From NCBI RefSeq assembly GCF_964204645.1, contig NC_134034.1, positions 992,001 to 1,056,000 of the forward strand: a DNA stretch of 64,000 nucleotides, read 5' to 3'. Numbering within the stretch: the stretch's first letter is position 1; each line of letters begins with the position of its first letter. The position numbers and the translations under genes are program-made. Below are positions 13,541 to 27,561 of this stretch, piece after piece. Under the pieces are notes generated by a model. That model was given only the letters and a program-made list of their open reading frames with translations, made no database searches and was not told where the DNA came from. The DNA comes from Tubulanus polymorphus (lineage: Eukaryota; Animalia; Nemertea).

Positions 13541-14830
13541 AGCGAGGTTTCACTATCACAGGTGTCACTTATCAACAATACCCACCACCCCCCCGCCATT
13601 CTATGGCAACCATTTTTGTCACTTCTAACAACGCTCCATTTCTGTTCAAATCGGACGAATTCGTTTTAAACAAATAAATAAATTATTGATGAAAACTATA
13701 CCAAATATCGAGCATATTTGGACACGGATCGAGTGGTAATGAAAACTAGAGAAAAGAAAGATGAACGTATGATGTTTGAGAAACCAACGACGACAACGGT
13801 AATAATTCTGATTTATTGCCGATAAGAATAAGTACCATAAGCAGCGTCTATTCATTCACTTATCAGTAACTTATCCTGCGAGATCGATGACCCCCGCAGT
13901 AAATAGGGATAATACGACGGACACTCCGGAACTCGCCAACGCATTGCTTATCAGTGACTTATCCTAGGAGGTTCGTCGACCTGGTGGTAAGCGGTAAGAT
14001 TCAGGCATCAGACTCTGCGGTGGCCGTCTGTGTGGGGGGTAATATATTATCACGTTCGTAAGTCTTGTGGCTGTACGATCAGTTCGACAAAGACGTAAAA
14101 TAAACCAAGTCATTAGACGTAAGACGTTCACCATTAGATATAAGACATTCTCTATAAGACATCATTTAGTGGTCCGTAGAATACTTTCGTTTTTTAGAAT
14201 TTCCCAACAGAAAGTAAGCATTCGGGATGGAAGTTTATAGAGACAAGTTTGACATCAGCCGATCTTTGATGACTCCGAATGCCAAGATTAGGATATTCGC
14301 GGAGCCACCCATTAGAGAGACAGAGTGGTGACTTCACCGAACAGACGTCATATTAACCCTCTATCATCTACCATACCCTTTACCCATTGAGCTTCGACAA
14401 ACATCAAATTAACCCTTTATCTCCGACACCCGTAACCAAATTTGTCTTCAACGAACATCATTAACCCCCTACTATTTGATATTTCACAACTGAATAAGGG
14501 TGGCCGCTTTCTGCCCATTTCTCGGCCTAAATCCCCTCAGTTATCTCTGATTTCTCCCTGAGTGCATCAGAGAAATTTCTAGGTTAAAAATGTTACAAAA
14601 TTCATTCATTTTTCCAGAGAATCAAGTGATCAATAGCGTTTTCTGAATTCCCTGAATTTTCCAGGTCTTCAGGTAAAACTTGTCAAACTCCCTGATTTTT
14701 TCAAAAATGTATTTTATCCCTGAATTCACCAGGTTTGGGGTAGAATTTGTCAAACTCACTGATTTTTTTCTGGTTCCCCGAGTTCCCACTCGGCGGCGCC
14801 ACGCTGCAAAAATAAAAAAGTTTTCCGTAC

Positions 14831-15730
14831 CTGACGATAGAGAAATTCATCGGATTGGTTGACGACTGCAGACGCCACGACGTGTATCACAGACAGCGAC
14901 ATTCCGCCGAGCACCGACAGACGCATTCTCAACGGTAACAGAGTATAGATCATATAAATAAAAAACATCGTCGGCCAGACGCCTTCGCTCGAATTCCGTA
15001 GATCCACGTCCAGCGTAATCAACGCCGTCATCGCCGCGAGTAACACTAAAATCGTATAGCACAAATAGTCCAAAAGCGGCAGTTTGAACGCGCTACGGTT
15101 CGTTAGGATTTCCAAAACGACGAAGACGACGATGACCGCCGAGAGGGTCGCCGCCGTGTAGAACCTCTCGCGGCCGTTTGCGTAATAAAACACTAACAAT
15201 ATAACCGAAACGACGATCAACTGAGCCATCATCACCGTCACGTTCGTCTGATTCAGTTTGAAGAAGTAACGCTGATACAAACGTTCAAAGTTCGGAACCG
15301 CGAATTTCTTCGACGTGAAAACGTGTACGAGCATTTTCCAGTTGCAGCACGGATGTCCGTCGTCGATGTACTCCACGGGACATCCGTCGGCGTCGGTGAT
15401 CTCGAACGTTTTAACGCGCGATCGTCGCACGTCGTTTTGGTGCTGTTCGTATTTCTCCTGCGCGCGTTCCCACGCCGATTTACGCGTCTGCGAACCGGCC
15501 GTCCGCGGTCGGGAAACCGGCGACGACGGAGGTTTCCCGAGCTGGACGACGGTCACCGTGTTCGTGCCGTTCGCGTTGTTTAATCCGAGAACGTGGACTT
15601 CGGTTTGTCCTTCGTTTCCGGGTTTCCGCGCCCCGGCCGACTTCCGCATCTCGGCCGGCGCGTCCCACGCTTGTCGACTGCCCGAGGACTGCGGGCGTCC
15701 TCCGGGCACCGGCGAACTTTCTTTCATCAT
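14831..15730 (-). CDS. ADCY5: Adenylyl cyclase ADCY5/6-like, coding exon 1 (N-terminus and most of the first TM cluster)
   Basis: ATG at 15730; F.SKKF...ERLYQRYFFKLNQ and FFIYMIYTLLPLRMR motifs; donor CAG|GTAC at 14831/14830; acceptor TTTCCAG| places the exon start at 15833 (103 nt of 5'UTR); 900 coding nt, phase 0. Confidence 0.93.
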
Positions 15731-16489
15731 GTCGACTAGCGGACGTATTTACGGTTGCTAACGGCGATGACTAGCTAGCAGACGGATCGTCGGTTGATTT
15801 CATCGCGTTATGAAATATCGCCGTCGTTCGCACCTGGAAAATATGACACATAAATCAGCGGTCAGTCATTGAAGACTTTCATTGAGTTGTAAGGAGAAAA
15901 CAAGATGGCTGAAAGTGACTTGCGTACAATAGTCGATAGTCGGGCAGCTTCGGGGCAGGGAATGAATGCGCTGATTCTGCCATTACCAGTGCAGCTCATA
16001 AAAGTTTCAAACCTTTGCTGTCATAAAAGTTGATAAAACGATCTCTCGATACTGATAGTCATCTACAGGGGCCAGTTGCACAGTCGTGACTTAAGTCCAA
16101 AAGGGGTCTTAAGTTGTTAGATTAGCGATAGAACTAAGTTGGTCTTAGACTGGTCTTAAGTCTAAGCCATGAATATGCAACCGGCCCCAGGAGTAGGCCT
16201 ACTAGTGTTATAACAAAATTATGAGATATATAAATAGTCCACAACAAAGAGACTAATTATTACACAATTTCTAACTTAAGTTGAAAATGACTTTTCGAGA
16301 GCTATCGATCTTTTTATCCGTCTGACGTCGCCTCGGTGAATGCGTCTGCTTAATTCTGGCTGATCGCCAGATTGCTGTTGATGATGTATTTATTCAATAG
16401 ATAAATATTCAACTATAAACGAGCATTTATTAATTATGACTACAGACTTTCATCAGTCGATCAAAAACTGATCTTTCCATCTCCTAAGT

Positions 16490-17020
16490 CCCACCCTCTC
16501 TCCCCCTCTCTAATTTCTTCTTACACTCCCTCTCCCTTCTCTCCTCTCATTGCCCCCTTTCCTTCTCCCTCTCTCCCCTCCTCTCCCCCTCTCCAATTTC
16601 TTCTTACACTCCCTCTCCCTTCTCTCCTCTCTCCTCTCATTGCCCCCTTTCCTTCTCCCTCTCTCCCCTCCTCTCCCCCTCTCCAATTTCTTCTTACACT
16701 CCCTCTCCCTTCTCTCCTCTCTCCTCTCATTGCCCCCTTTCCTTCTCCCTCTCTCCCCTCCTCTCCCCCTCTCCAATTTCTTCTTACACTCCCTCTCCCT
16801 TCTCTCCTCTCTCCCCTCCTCTCCCCTCTCCAATTTCTTCTAACACTCCCTCTCCCTTCTCTCCTCTCTCCTCTCATTGCCCCCTTTCCTTCTCCCTCTC
16901 TCCAATTTCTTCTTACACTCCCTCTCCCTTCTCTCCTCTCTCCTCTCATTGCCCCCTTTCCTTCTCCCTCTCCCTCCTCTCTCATTCTTCCTCTGTCCTC
17001 TATCTCAATCCCTCCCCCCT
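16490..17020. repeat. Polypyrimidine 90-bp tandem repeat; other purine-rich tracts at 3425-3752, 7048-7265, 12055-12320
   Basis: Period 90 (16591, 16681, 16771). Confidence 0.88.
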
Positions 17021-17426
17021 CTAATGTACACATTCGAAAATTCTTAATCAAACTTGCCCCCGGTGCAGCTACAGAAAACCTACGCACAGTAATTTCAAAG
17101 GCAAAATAAAAACAATTTCATAATATATATAAATAGACAAACTGAAAACATAACGAACTTCAGAGAAAAATGCATCCATCAAAATGACAACTGTCAGCGA
17201 TATTTACAGTTTATTAATCTCTCTGAAACAATATTAAAAATACCTTATAGACTTCTATACCATGCCGGCTATACATATATACAGAATATTCTTCAGATCC
17301 AGTTCTCTCCGCGCACCACCGGGATTCATAATTACTAGGTGAAAATTGTGAGGCAATTAGCAGTAGTTAAACTCTGAGTATAGGACCCCAACTGTCAGCC
17401 GCCTGCCACCCTCCCCCTTAGTGTTA

Positions 17427-17784
17427 AGCCTAGCGCACATTGACACTGCGATTGGAGACAACTAGTTGCAAGGCAGTTTTCGGCGCATGAGAGCAACTGG
17501 CTGGATACGATCAGTTGCTTGAATGTGTCGATGTGAGCGAGCTTACGATTGGTAAGCGTCGATCTATCTCCAGTTCCAGCTAGTTGCCCATGTTCTACTT
17601 TTGAGCAACTGGTTGTACTCAATCGCAGTCATATCCGTCGATGTGCGCGCTCTGGATCTCGACGATCGACACGCGCCATGCAGTTGCTGCAACTGACCGG
17701 TTGTAACTTGATTTCGATGTGCGCGGGGTAATCGTTCGGTAGCAACTAGTTGTCTCCGATCGCAGTGTCGATGTGCGCTAGGCT
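17427..17784. mobile_element. PIF/Harbinger-type MITE, copy 1 (358 bp)
   Basis: About 43-bp TIR AGCCTAGCGCACAT...; TTA TSD on both sides. Confidence 0.88.
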
Positions 17785-18789
17785 TTAGGACACATCAGGT
17801 TGACAGTGTAACTTGTTGTTTATGTCATTGTAGTTGGGAGGGTCATTGTTGAAGCCTTCGATGAAAAAATAGATAAAAATTGTGATGAATCAAAACTTGA
17901 GATGGCTTAAATCAAAATTTTCTGCTGAAATCAATATCACAACTAAAACAGTTCTAGAAAATTCAGGGGGCTGGTTCCATAGTCGAGACTTTAGTCCGAA
18001 AGTGATCTTAAATCTTAAGACTGGTCTCAAGTTGATAGATTGGCTATAGAACTAAGTTGGTCTTAGACTGATCTTAAGTCTAAGCCATGACTATGGAACC
18101 GGCCCCTGGTCACAACAGGTAAAGGACCGATGTAGTAGCCTACTTTACAAGTACAAACTATAGACTAACATTTCTAAATAGCCCTATTTCTCCAATATGA
18201 GAAGTTTAAAGCATTTTGCTCAAATCAAAAAGAGTTTAAAACACCTTTAAAAGCATTTTTGGTTTAGCAGAAGTTTTTGAAGAATTAAGGAATCGTACGA
18301 CCCTGTAGAAAAACACTACGAGAAGAATATAAAGTAAATTTTCCAAATATTTCCCGGATAAGAGATTAGATTGTCCCGTAGACTCCTTACCTGCGAACAA
18401 AATACACCATTGTTGATAACGCACCCTCTCCCTGTAGATCCTGGTTTATAAAAGCAACTACTCGAATTCAAAATGAATTGTGAAAGTCGATATTTTGATG
18501 ATTACGATTTCGAGAGTCGAATCTATATTTATAAATGTAAGTACGCGTACGCAGAGTGCTAATTTCCTCTGATTTACTTACAGTCGTCATGGTGACGCAA
18601 GAACACTGAAATAATGTCATATGTTTACAATAAACTAATATTACAAACCGCGTGACACTGGCGCAGGTTACCGGTAATATCGGGTAATACCAGTCGCGAG
18701 GTTTGATTAGAATCTAAATAATTCATACACAAATCACGAATTTGTCAGCTTTCCACAGAGCTATCAATCTGTAGCCCTTCAGACATTTA

Positions 18790-19420
18790 CCCCGTTGGAG
18801 AGAAGCGTGGATAAAATAAATATCTAATGTCTGGTGTTTTTAGTTCATTTTCAATAAAAAAAATGTCTCAGGTTAAGTTCTGAACACATGTGAAGTGTGG
18901 ACGATCAGTTTTTGAAAGTGTGATGATAAAATGTCTAATATCTGGTGTTTGTAGTTCATTTTCAATTAGAAATGTCTCAGGTGAAGCACTGAACACATGT
19001 GAAGTGTAGACGATCAGTTTATGAAAGTGTGCTGATAAAATGTCTAATATCTGGTGTTTGTAGTTCATTTTCAATTAAAAATGTCTCAGGTGAAGCACTG
19101 AACACATGTGAAGTGTGGACGATCGGTTTTTGAAAGTGTGCTGATAAAATGTCTAATGTCTGGTGTTTGTAGTTCATTTTCAATAAAAAAAACGTCTCAG
19201 GTTAAGTTCTGAACACATGTGAAGTGCGGACGATCAGTTGTTGAAAGTTTTGCTGATAAAATGTCTAATATCTGGTGTTTGTAATTCATTTTCAATAAAA
19301 AACGTCTCAGGAAAGTTCTGAAGACAAGTGAAGTGTGGACGATCAGTTTTTGAAAGTGCGCTGATAAAATATCAAATATCTGGTGTTTATAGATTAAAAA
19401 TATCTCAGATGAAAGGTCCA
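18790..19420. repeat. ~110-bp tandem repeat, about 5.5 units
   Basis: CTGATAAAATGTCTAAT.TCTGGTGTTTGTAGTTCATTTTCAAT recurring every 108-112 bp. Confidence 0.88.
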
Positions 19421-20488
19421 AGCTCAGTGAGATTGAAAAACTAGTATATCAATAAACTAACTTCAGATAGACTAGTCTTAGAATACATGTCAGAGCTTCG
19501 CGAAAACCAGACGATACTTCCAAATGAAACCCTTCAAGCTGCAAATAATTATTCATTCCTAGCTGATATTGGTTATTTCCGAGACGAGATTTTTCTCCTC
19601 TAATCCTCGCTGAGCGCACGTCGGTTTGACCACAGGCCAGAAACAACGAATCAACATCTGATTGCCTCAATTATTGCGGCTTATCACCACGGTGACCTAC
19701 TACTGCGGGCTATTGTTAGCTGATTAGCTTGTCCAGTTTTCAGTTCGCAGTCTGGATGGAGTCAAGAATTCTGTGTAATCAGCAAGAGTAAAATGGCCTA
19801 CATCTAAGACCAGTCTAAGCTGATTCTAGTTCAATAACCTTTCTAAAAACTTAAGATCAGCCTAAGCTCATTTTGGTTCCATAAGCAAATCTAACATCTT
19901 AAGATCAGTCTGAGCTCATTTTGGATCTATAGCCAACCTAACAACTTAAGATCGCTCTCAAGATTTAAGAGCACTTTTGGACTAATGACTTTACCACTGG
20001 GCTCTCGTTAGGTAATCAGCAATGCAAAAATAAGCCTAAGATTTTAAACATAGATTCCATGGCGAAGACCATTATTGTTTTTGGTTTGAGCCCACGCAAT
20101 GTCGTTAATGGTTTATTGCTGTTATTTCCGATATAGAAATTATGTCGGGCAGAGACTACAGTTATTAACGGCACGTTTCAACACTGGAAAAACCGGGTAA
20201 TTTCTGCGCAGTTTGTTGACTTTACGTTTACCACTGATCGGATATTGCTATCACTGCTGCCTGCCGCGCGTAAAGTGGTAACGCAAAATGTCTTTTCAGC
20301 GACACGTCTTTATTTCTACGATCACGAACACGACTTAAAATCCCGCCACCAGATGGCATGCATAACAGTAGGACAAATCGAGTAAAAAGAATTTAAATCC
20401 AGTTTCGGTTTTTTTTTACATCCACCCCATAGGAAATAATTACCCAGCTCCTATCCAAGTTAAGTTTGACAAGCTAAAATCTAGCCCA

Positions 20489-21225
20489 TATCCTACTGCA
20501 CAGTGACACCTGGTGGATCCTCACTTGAAACTAGTGGAATCGACTATTGCCGCAGTAGTTGATGTCCTACAGCACACTAGCGACACCTGGTGGATCCTCA
20601 CTTGAAACTAGTGGAATCGACTATTGCCGCAGTAGTTGATGTCCTACTGCACACTAGTGACACCTGGTGGATCCTCACTTGCCACAAGTGGAATCCTCTA
20701 TTGCCGCGGTAGTTGATGTCCTACTGCACACTAGTGACACCGGGTGGATCCTCACTTGCCACAAGTGGAATCCTCTATTGCCGCAGTAGTTGATGTCCTA
20801 CTGCACACTAGTGACACCTGGTGGATCCTCACTTGAAACTAGTGGAATCGACTATTGCCGCGGTAGTTGACGTCCTACTGCACACTAGCGACACCTGGTG
20901 GATCCTCACTTGCCACAAGTGGAATCCTCTATTGCCGCAGTAGTTGACGTCCTACTGCACACTAGTGACACCTGGTGGATCCTCACTTGCCACAAGTGGA
21001 ATCCTCTATTGTCGCAGTAGCCGATAGCCTACTGCACACTAGCGACACCTGGTGGATCCTCACTTGCCACAAGTGGAATCCTCTATTGCCGCAGTAGTTG
21101 ACGTCCTACTGCACACTAGTGACACCTGGTGGATCCTCACTTGCCACAAGTAGAATCCTCTATTGCCGCAGTAGTTGATAGCCTACTGCACATTAGCGAC
21201 ACCTGGTGGGATGATTACTTGCTAC
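20489..21225 (-). repeat. 77-bp satellite, about 9.5 units, inverted relative to the 13165 array
   Basis: Period 77 (20511, 20588, ...). Confidence 0.92.
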
Positions 21226-21528
21226 AAGACCTCAACTGCCACAGTCGACTAGAGAATCCTCTGTAACCAGGCACAAGTATTCACTCACTTCCACGTATTT
21301 GACTCAACCAGGAGTCGACGATAAAATATCGATAACCAACGATAGCCATTGTTACAGTTGTCGACGGCAACAATTGATTATTTGAATGGAATGAATACAC
21401 GTATTTTTAGCAGAGGATTGATTATTGATTTTTCTATTCACGTATAAATATATATTTGAATAGTTAGTTGAGTTTGAAGTGTAGAATATTGTTATTATAG
21501 ATGCATCTGTGAATTCGAATAACACTGA

Positions 21529-21855
21529 CAACCGTGGTTCAGGAATACTGGCATTAAAGGCCGACCTGGGCAACCATGGTTCAGGGAATCCAGCATTAAA
21601 GGCAGATCTAGACAACCATGGTTCAGGAATACTGGCATTAAAGGCAGACCTGGGCAACCATGGTTCAGGGAATCCAGCATTAAAGGCAGATCTAGACAAC
21701 CGTGGTTCAGGAATACTGGCATTAAAGGCAGACCTGGGCAACCATGGTTCAGGAATACCGGAATTCAAGGCAGAGGCCTGGGCAACCATGGTTCTGAGAA
21801 ACCAGCATTAAAACTAGAGGCCTAGACAGCCGTGGTTGAGCGGTACCAGCATAAA
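21529..21855. repeat. 42-bp tandem repeat with alternating A/B units (84-bp dimer)
   Basis: CAACCATGGTTCAGG(GAATCCA/AATACTG)GCATTAAAGGCAGA. Confidence 0.88.
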
Positions 21856-21941
21856 AGAGGGATGGTCAAGTGGCTTGAATTCTGAGGCTGGTTGGACAGG
21901 CTACTTTTGAAGACCTGTCAAAGTTCCTTTACATTCTGCAG

Positions 21942-22140
21942 CCAATCTAACAACCTCAGACCCTCTCAGTTTTATAACCAATCTAACAACCTCAGACCCT
22001 CTCAGTTTTATAACCAATCTAACAACCTCAGACCCTCTCAGTTTTATAACCAATCTAACAACCTCAGACCCTCTCAGTTTTATAACCAATCTAACAACCT
22101 CAGACCCTCTCAGTTTTATAACCAATCTAACAACCTCAGA
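21942..22140. repeat. 36-bp perfect tandem repeat, about 5.5 units
   Basis: CCAATCTAACAACCTCAGACCCTCTCAGTTTTATAA. Confidence 0.9.
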
Positions 22141-22502
22141 CTGGTCTTAAGAATGAAGACCATAGCTCATAGTAAGTGATGGTCAGTGGTCATTCAAATC
22201 ATTCGAACAAAATATAAATAATTTCTATCAATTGGATTTAAACCTTAAGCTAAAAACAATTAAAAATTACTCAATGAAACTAACTTACTGTTTAAATCGT
22301 TTTCACCGTTGTAAGACGAAAGGTTTCATGCTGTATGATTACAACACATACAAAAGCACTCAGGTAACAAACACTATAGTGTTAATTAATGATATTCACC
22401 TCAGTGTGTACGATAACCAGGGCAAAATTAGGTCACTAAATATATGAATAAATTAACTTACATCTCACAGATTCAACTTGAGCAAAGGCCTACTGCGCCT
22501 TC

Positions 22503-23022
22503 AAGATCTGACTTGAGCGGAGTCTACTGTACCATCCAACTCAGATATCACTCTCAAGTCAAAAGATCAGACTTGAGCGGAGTCTACTGTACCATCCAAC
22601 TCAGATATCACTCTCAAGTCAAAAGATCTGACTTGAGCGGAGTCTACTGTACCATCCAACTCAGATATCACTCTCAAGTCAATAGATCTGACTTGAGCGG
22701 AGTCTACTGTACCATCCAACTCAGATATCACTGTCAAGTCAAAAGATCAGACTTGAGCGGAGTCTACTGTACCATCCAACTCAGATATCACTCTCAAGTC
22801 AAAAGATCCGACTTGAGCGGAGTCTACTGTACCATCCAACTCAGATATCACTCTCAAGTCAAAAGATCCGACTTGAGCGGAGTCTACTGTACCATCCAAC
22901 TCAGATATCACTCTCAAGTCAAAAGATCAGACTTGAGCAGAGTCTACTGTACCATCCAACTCAGATATCACTCTCCAGTCAAAAGATCAGACTTGAGCAG
23001 AGTCTACTGTACCATCCAACTC
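22503..23022. repeat. 60-bp tandem repeat, about 8.7 units
   Basis: Each unit carries the inverted repeat TGACTTGAG...CTCAAGTCA. Confidence 0.92.
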
Positions 23023-24139
23023 TCATTCAAGAAGTTACAAGCGCTCGTTTTGTGACAAATTTTACCAGAGTGTGACAAGATTTTAATGATTACTGGCCAC
23101 ACGCAAAGGTGTCATATAAAGTTCATTACACGCACGCTCCAGTCAAGACTGTCCAAGTGATTACAGGAAATTACTTATTAGCAATTTATACACAGCACTA
23201 ATGAAGGTAGGACGTTTTACTGTAAGAAGGCTTGGGCTTCTAATCTCCTCTCATCATTGATTGGCACCTTACAGGCCGATATAAGCGGCTACAGATCTGT
23301 CTGCTGCGTTTATTAAAAGGGTATCCGTACATCAAATCCGCATCATAAATAGAGCTCTATGAAATCATTGTTTTACCGTCCCTTGCCGGATATAGAAGCT
23401 GCAGCGCTGTGTCTGTGTTAGGGGAACTAAGAACACGGTCACCTATTAAAAGTAGCCAGGTTTTAACGGTAACCCATTCGTATACTACACAACTGAAGCT
23501 GAAGTCTTGTTTTCCTCGTGATTTACGGAAATCGGGATCCAGTTAAAAAGGCGTGAGTTCGAGTTACCTCAGAGAATTTGAGACTCAACTTAACACTTCG
23601 AAACTGGCTCTTTTGTAAAATTAAGTCATTTTCAATGAGTTAGCTCCAAGAGTCAAATCTGAACTCACTACTGCGGAACTGGGCCCTGCAGAGCTTCATT
23701 AGAATAAAGCAGGGCCACTGGTTCCGAGATGGCTTAGACTTAAGACCAGTCTAAGACTGTCTTAGTTCTGAGCCAAATAACAATTTAAGACCAGTCTTAA
23801 GATATAAGACCACTTTTGAACTGAAGTCTCGACTATGGGACCGGTCCCTGGATTTAGCAGTTGTTTCTGTTCTCAAACTCTGAATCGTAAATGCATGTTT
23901 TAGTTACACGAGTAATGATGACATTTAAAAGAAGGGAGGAAACTGCCTCGAGGTAAGAACCTCATTTCCTCACATCTCGAACATGCCCCCCTCTCCCTCC
24001 GGGGTGTTAATAACTGGGTAAAATGAATTACCTCACATGTATCTTGTTACAAGCCGAGTCCCAATAATTACTGGTTACACGGTTCCTATACAGGTTATAT
24101 TACATAATTTCTGAATCTGAATTTTTATGGCAGCCAGCT

Positions 24140-24548
24140 TCTAGGTTTTATCCCTACTGATAACTTTGATCCAAAGTCTACGAAACAGGACCCAGGTTAA
24201 GGATTTATCCCTAGTGATAACTTGATACCCAGTTTATAAAACCAGGTCCAGGTTAAGGATTTATCCCTAGGGATAACTTTGATACCCAGTCTATAAAACC
24301 AGGTCCGGTTAAGGATTTATCCCTAGTGATAACTTTGATACCCAGTCTATAAAACCAGGTCCAGATTAAGGATTTACCTCTAGGGATAACTCTGATATCT
24401 AGTCTATAAAACCAGGTTCAGGTTAAGGATTTACCCCTAGGGATAACTTTGATACTGAGTCTATAAAACCAGGCCCAGGTTAAGGATTTACTCCTAAGGA
24501 TAACTTTGATACCCAGTCTATAAAACCAGGTCCAGGTTGAGGATTTAT
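24140..24548 (+). repeat. ~57-bp minisatellite, same family as 1300-1705
   Basis: About 7 units, same orientation. Confidence 0.88.
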
Positions 24549-26249
24549 ACAAAATTCATGCCCTGAGAATGAGTTTGTCTGAGAAAGCAAATATCACACT
24601 TTCCATTCCTGAATTCGAAATTATTTCGATAGACAATATTTCATTCACGCCGTCTGCATTCATTATTGATAAAGCAAATATTTAAATGAAAGGTCCTCCC
24701 TTCCGGTGTCATGCGCTGAATTTAAATTACTTTTGTATCTCGTCAATGGGATAAATATGTACCTATTCGCTTGCTGTTTGATTTAAAAATACACGACAAA
24801 CAAATTAAAGGAATTTCGATTGCACAGGTACCAATAGTTGAAATAGAATTATTGATTTAGAATATCATTTTAAAATCCCACGCTAAGTGAATTTATTGAA
24901 AAGAGTCTGAAATGTTTCGTTCAGCCTAGTTTATTCAACGTTTTCTCTTTTCTTCTAGAAGCCTGCCGTCCAATATTCCTAGATCCACTGCCCTCCCAAC
25001 CTGTATAACTTGCTCTACAAGAAAGCACAAGCGAGTGTTAATGACAGCACAAGTGATCTAAGTGTTGTATGTGCGTTGACGCGGTCATTGTTAGAATGTG
25101 TATAATTAGTAATTAGAACTACAACACTAACGAACAAAATGCGCCACTAACGAGCCAACAGCATGATCACGGCCATAATAAGGCCAACCCAAACCTTGTA
25201 TCCTACTTTCTTGGTTTCCCGAGGAGACTAACCTCCTATTGAATCGTTCATTTAACCGAGACGATAGAATTTTTTCCAAAGAGTTTAAAGATGAAAAATA
25301 TTCTTTTCTCGAAAGACGAATTTCTATTTTTTGCCTCTTCTTGTTTGAATCCGCGATGAAACCCAAAACTTCCGCGATGAAACATTTTTTTTTTTTTAAA
25401 TTGATCTATCTAGCTTTGTTTAGCGCGCTGAGAACTCGGGACCTAGATAAACAATACCAGCGGTGAGTCAATTCAATAACTCGAAATTGTGTATGTGTGG
25501 ACACCTGCAGCCCACATTGGACACCTGCACTTCAGCCATGAAGGGGTCCACTCCACTTATATGCAAATTTCCTCTATGGCCAGATGCTTGGGCAGCTCAC
25601 TGAAATATTTGATCAAATCAACCATGTTTCACAATGCACATAACCCTGGCCCAATTTCACAATCATTCTTTAAATATTGATTTTAAAATTCTTTGTCTCT
25701 GAACAATTCACTTTTTTTCCAGTTTTGATTATGAATTAAGAGGTTATTAATTCTAAGCAATTGGATCCAGTACCCAAGTTGGGTATTGGTCAGAAATTCA
25801 GTAAATGTTTTTGGTTCAAAAACATTTTTATACCTAATTTAAAAGAAAATATGTCTTCTGTTTTATCCAGAATTAGTTTTGATTAGTATTGATGCTACAA
25901 AAAATCAGATGCCAAAATTTGTATTGTAAACATTAAAGTGAACCTTTAGTTGTATATGTTCATAATTACTCTAATTAATTGATCACTGTAATTAATTATG
26001 TATTGTTTATTATTTTGATGAACTTAGTAATTAATTAAAACAAACTTCATCAAAATGATTTTTCTTTGGGACTTTGTTGTATTAACTGGGCAGCATTTAT
26101 TGAAAAAATTTAAATTAGTTTGGACACAAGATTGAAATCATCATCTCATCGAAATCCAGATTTGAAACTTAATTCCTTTCTAATCTAAGTCTGCATGTAA
26201 AAAAAAAACAGGAAGTTTCGACGACAAAAAAACCGAGGAAGATACTTAC

Positions 26250-26620
26250 GAAAATATATCCGAACCGGGCCGCCGGCTCTACCCTAAAACATAGCTCATT
26301 CATTCATAAAGGGATTAATGCAGCCTCTGAGAACCGGTTGCCGTTCACCGTTCAAATCTAGCGCACAAAACCACTATATAATCCGAAACGGGTCATATCA
26401 GGTTCCTATTGATCGGTTCTATCCCGTAGAGCTCCAATTCGGCGATGACAACTCCTAGAACGACGCGTTGGACTGAACTTTCAGAAGGTTTGTACGCTCT
26501 ACGCGATGTTACTAAGGGATGGACGCCGCGCTAATGCAGCGTATGTACGTACACTACTGAGAGTATATACGCGTGCCGTATCGATTATCCAAGGTGGCAG
26601 CACTCGACGGTCGATTGCAT
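26250..26620 (-). promoter_or_regulatory. Probable promoter and non-coding first exon of the adenylyl cyclase
   Basis: Consensus donor |gtaagt at 26249-26244, CpG-rich segment, just downstream of the NDUFA10 3' end; coding exon 1 has an acceptor so an upstream exon is required; upper boundary approximate. Confidence 0.45.
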
Positions 26621-27333
26621 CCTCAGCAACAAAAGATGCGGGCATCTCAATCGCAATTTTACTCTCAAAATAAAACATTCATTTTACCAACAAATTTCAA
26701 CAAATTTTAACATCCTCCTCTGCAAGGTATCCAGGTTTATGATATTGCAAGATTCTGCTACCGCGGCCCAGGCTCAGGAACTCAAAATTTTTTCTAGAAA
26801 ATGCTTAAATGATCTTATAACATTTTTTCCTCCGCGCGCAGGGATTCGAACCTGATCGAATTGTCCGACTCGCACCACGGCCTAGACTCAGCAACTCAGA
26901 CCTAGACTCAGCAATATGAGACATCCTTCCAATTGTCGATGGCCTCATCAAAGAATTGTTTTCAACTAAAAATTCCAAATTTTCCTCGAAGAAAATCCTC
27001 TTTCCTTCGACATTTATTTCAAATTTGTAATTTTTGTTAAAAAAACCGAGAGAGAAAATAATTTCAAGAGAAGACCAATAATGTTTTTTTATGCAATAAA
27101 CAATTATACTTTTTATTCAATGCTTTCTTTACTGTTTCCAGCGACGCCCATTATAAATCCATTCGGTTAACACTAAAACACGGTTATAATCCTAGTAACC
27201 GGCTGAATCTTAACCGCTCAAAACAAAAAATACAATATAAGTTATCAATATTCACATCAATCTACGACTAAAAACCGATACAATTTCATTCGTTTCTTTA
27301 AATCTAAATTTTTTGGTTTTATTAACTACGGAT

Positions 27334-27429
27334 TTATTTATTGACGGGACTTTTGATTCCTAGTAAGATGTTGGAGAGGCTGGCTCCACGTTTCGGATTG
27401 AATTCGGCTACATACTCCAAATGTGGATG
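27334..27429 (-). CDS. NDUFA10: NDUFA10 exon 7 (last)
   Basis: HPHLEYVAEFNPKRGASLSNILLGIKSPVNK*; total CDS 1239 nt = 412 aa; AATAAA at 27117-27112. Confidence 0.85.
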   Translation of the reverse strand, partial: HPHLEYVAEFNPKRGASLSNILLGIKSPVNK

Positions 27430-27561
27430 CTGAAAAAAATTAGGAGAAAGTAAATTAATTTTTAGATCGATCCCGGTTTATGACCCGGGCCGGGTTTCAC
27501 GAAAAAGTGGCGCCACCGCGAATCACCGGAACCCGCCCGCCGCAGTAAGACTCCTCATTAC

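Noticed and set aside
22503-23022. CRISPR-like array or 203-aa repeat protein
   Set aside because: Units are contiguous with no unique spacers, the context is a eukaryotic intron, and the ORF arises from a stop-free 60-bp unit.
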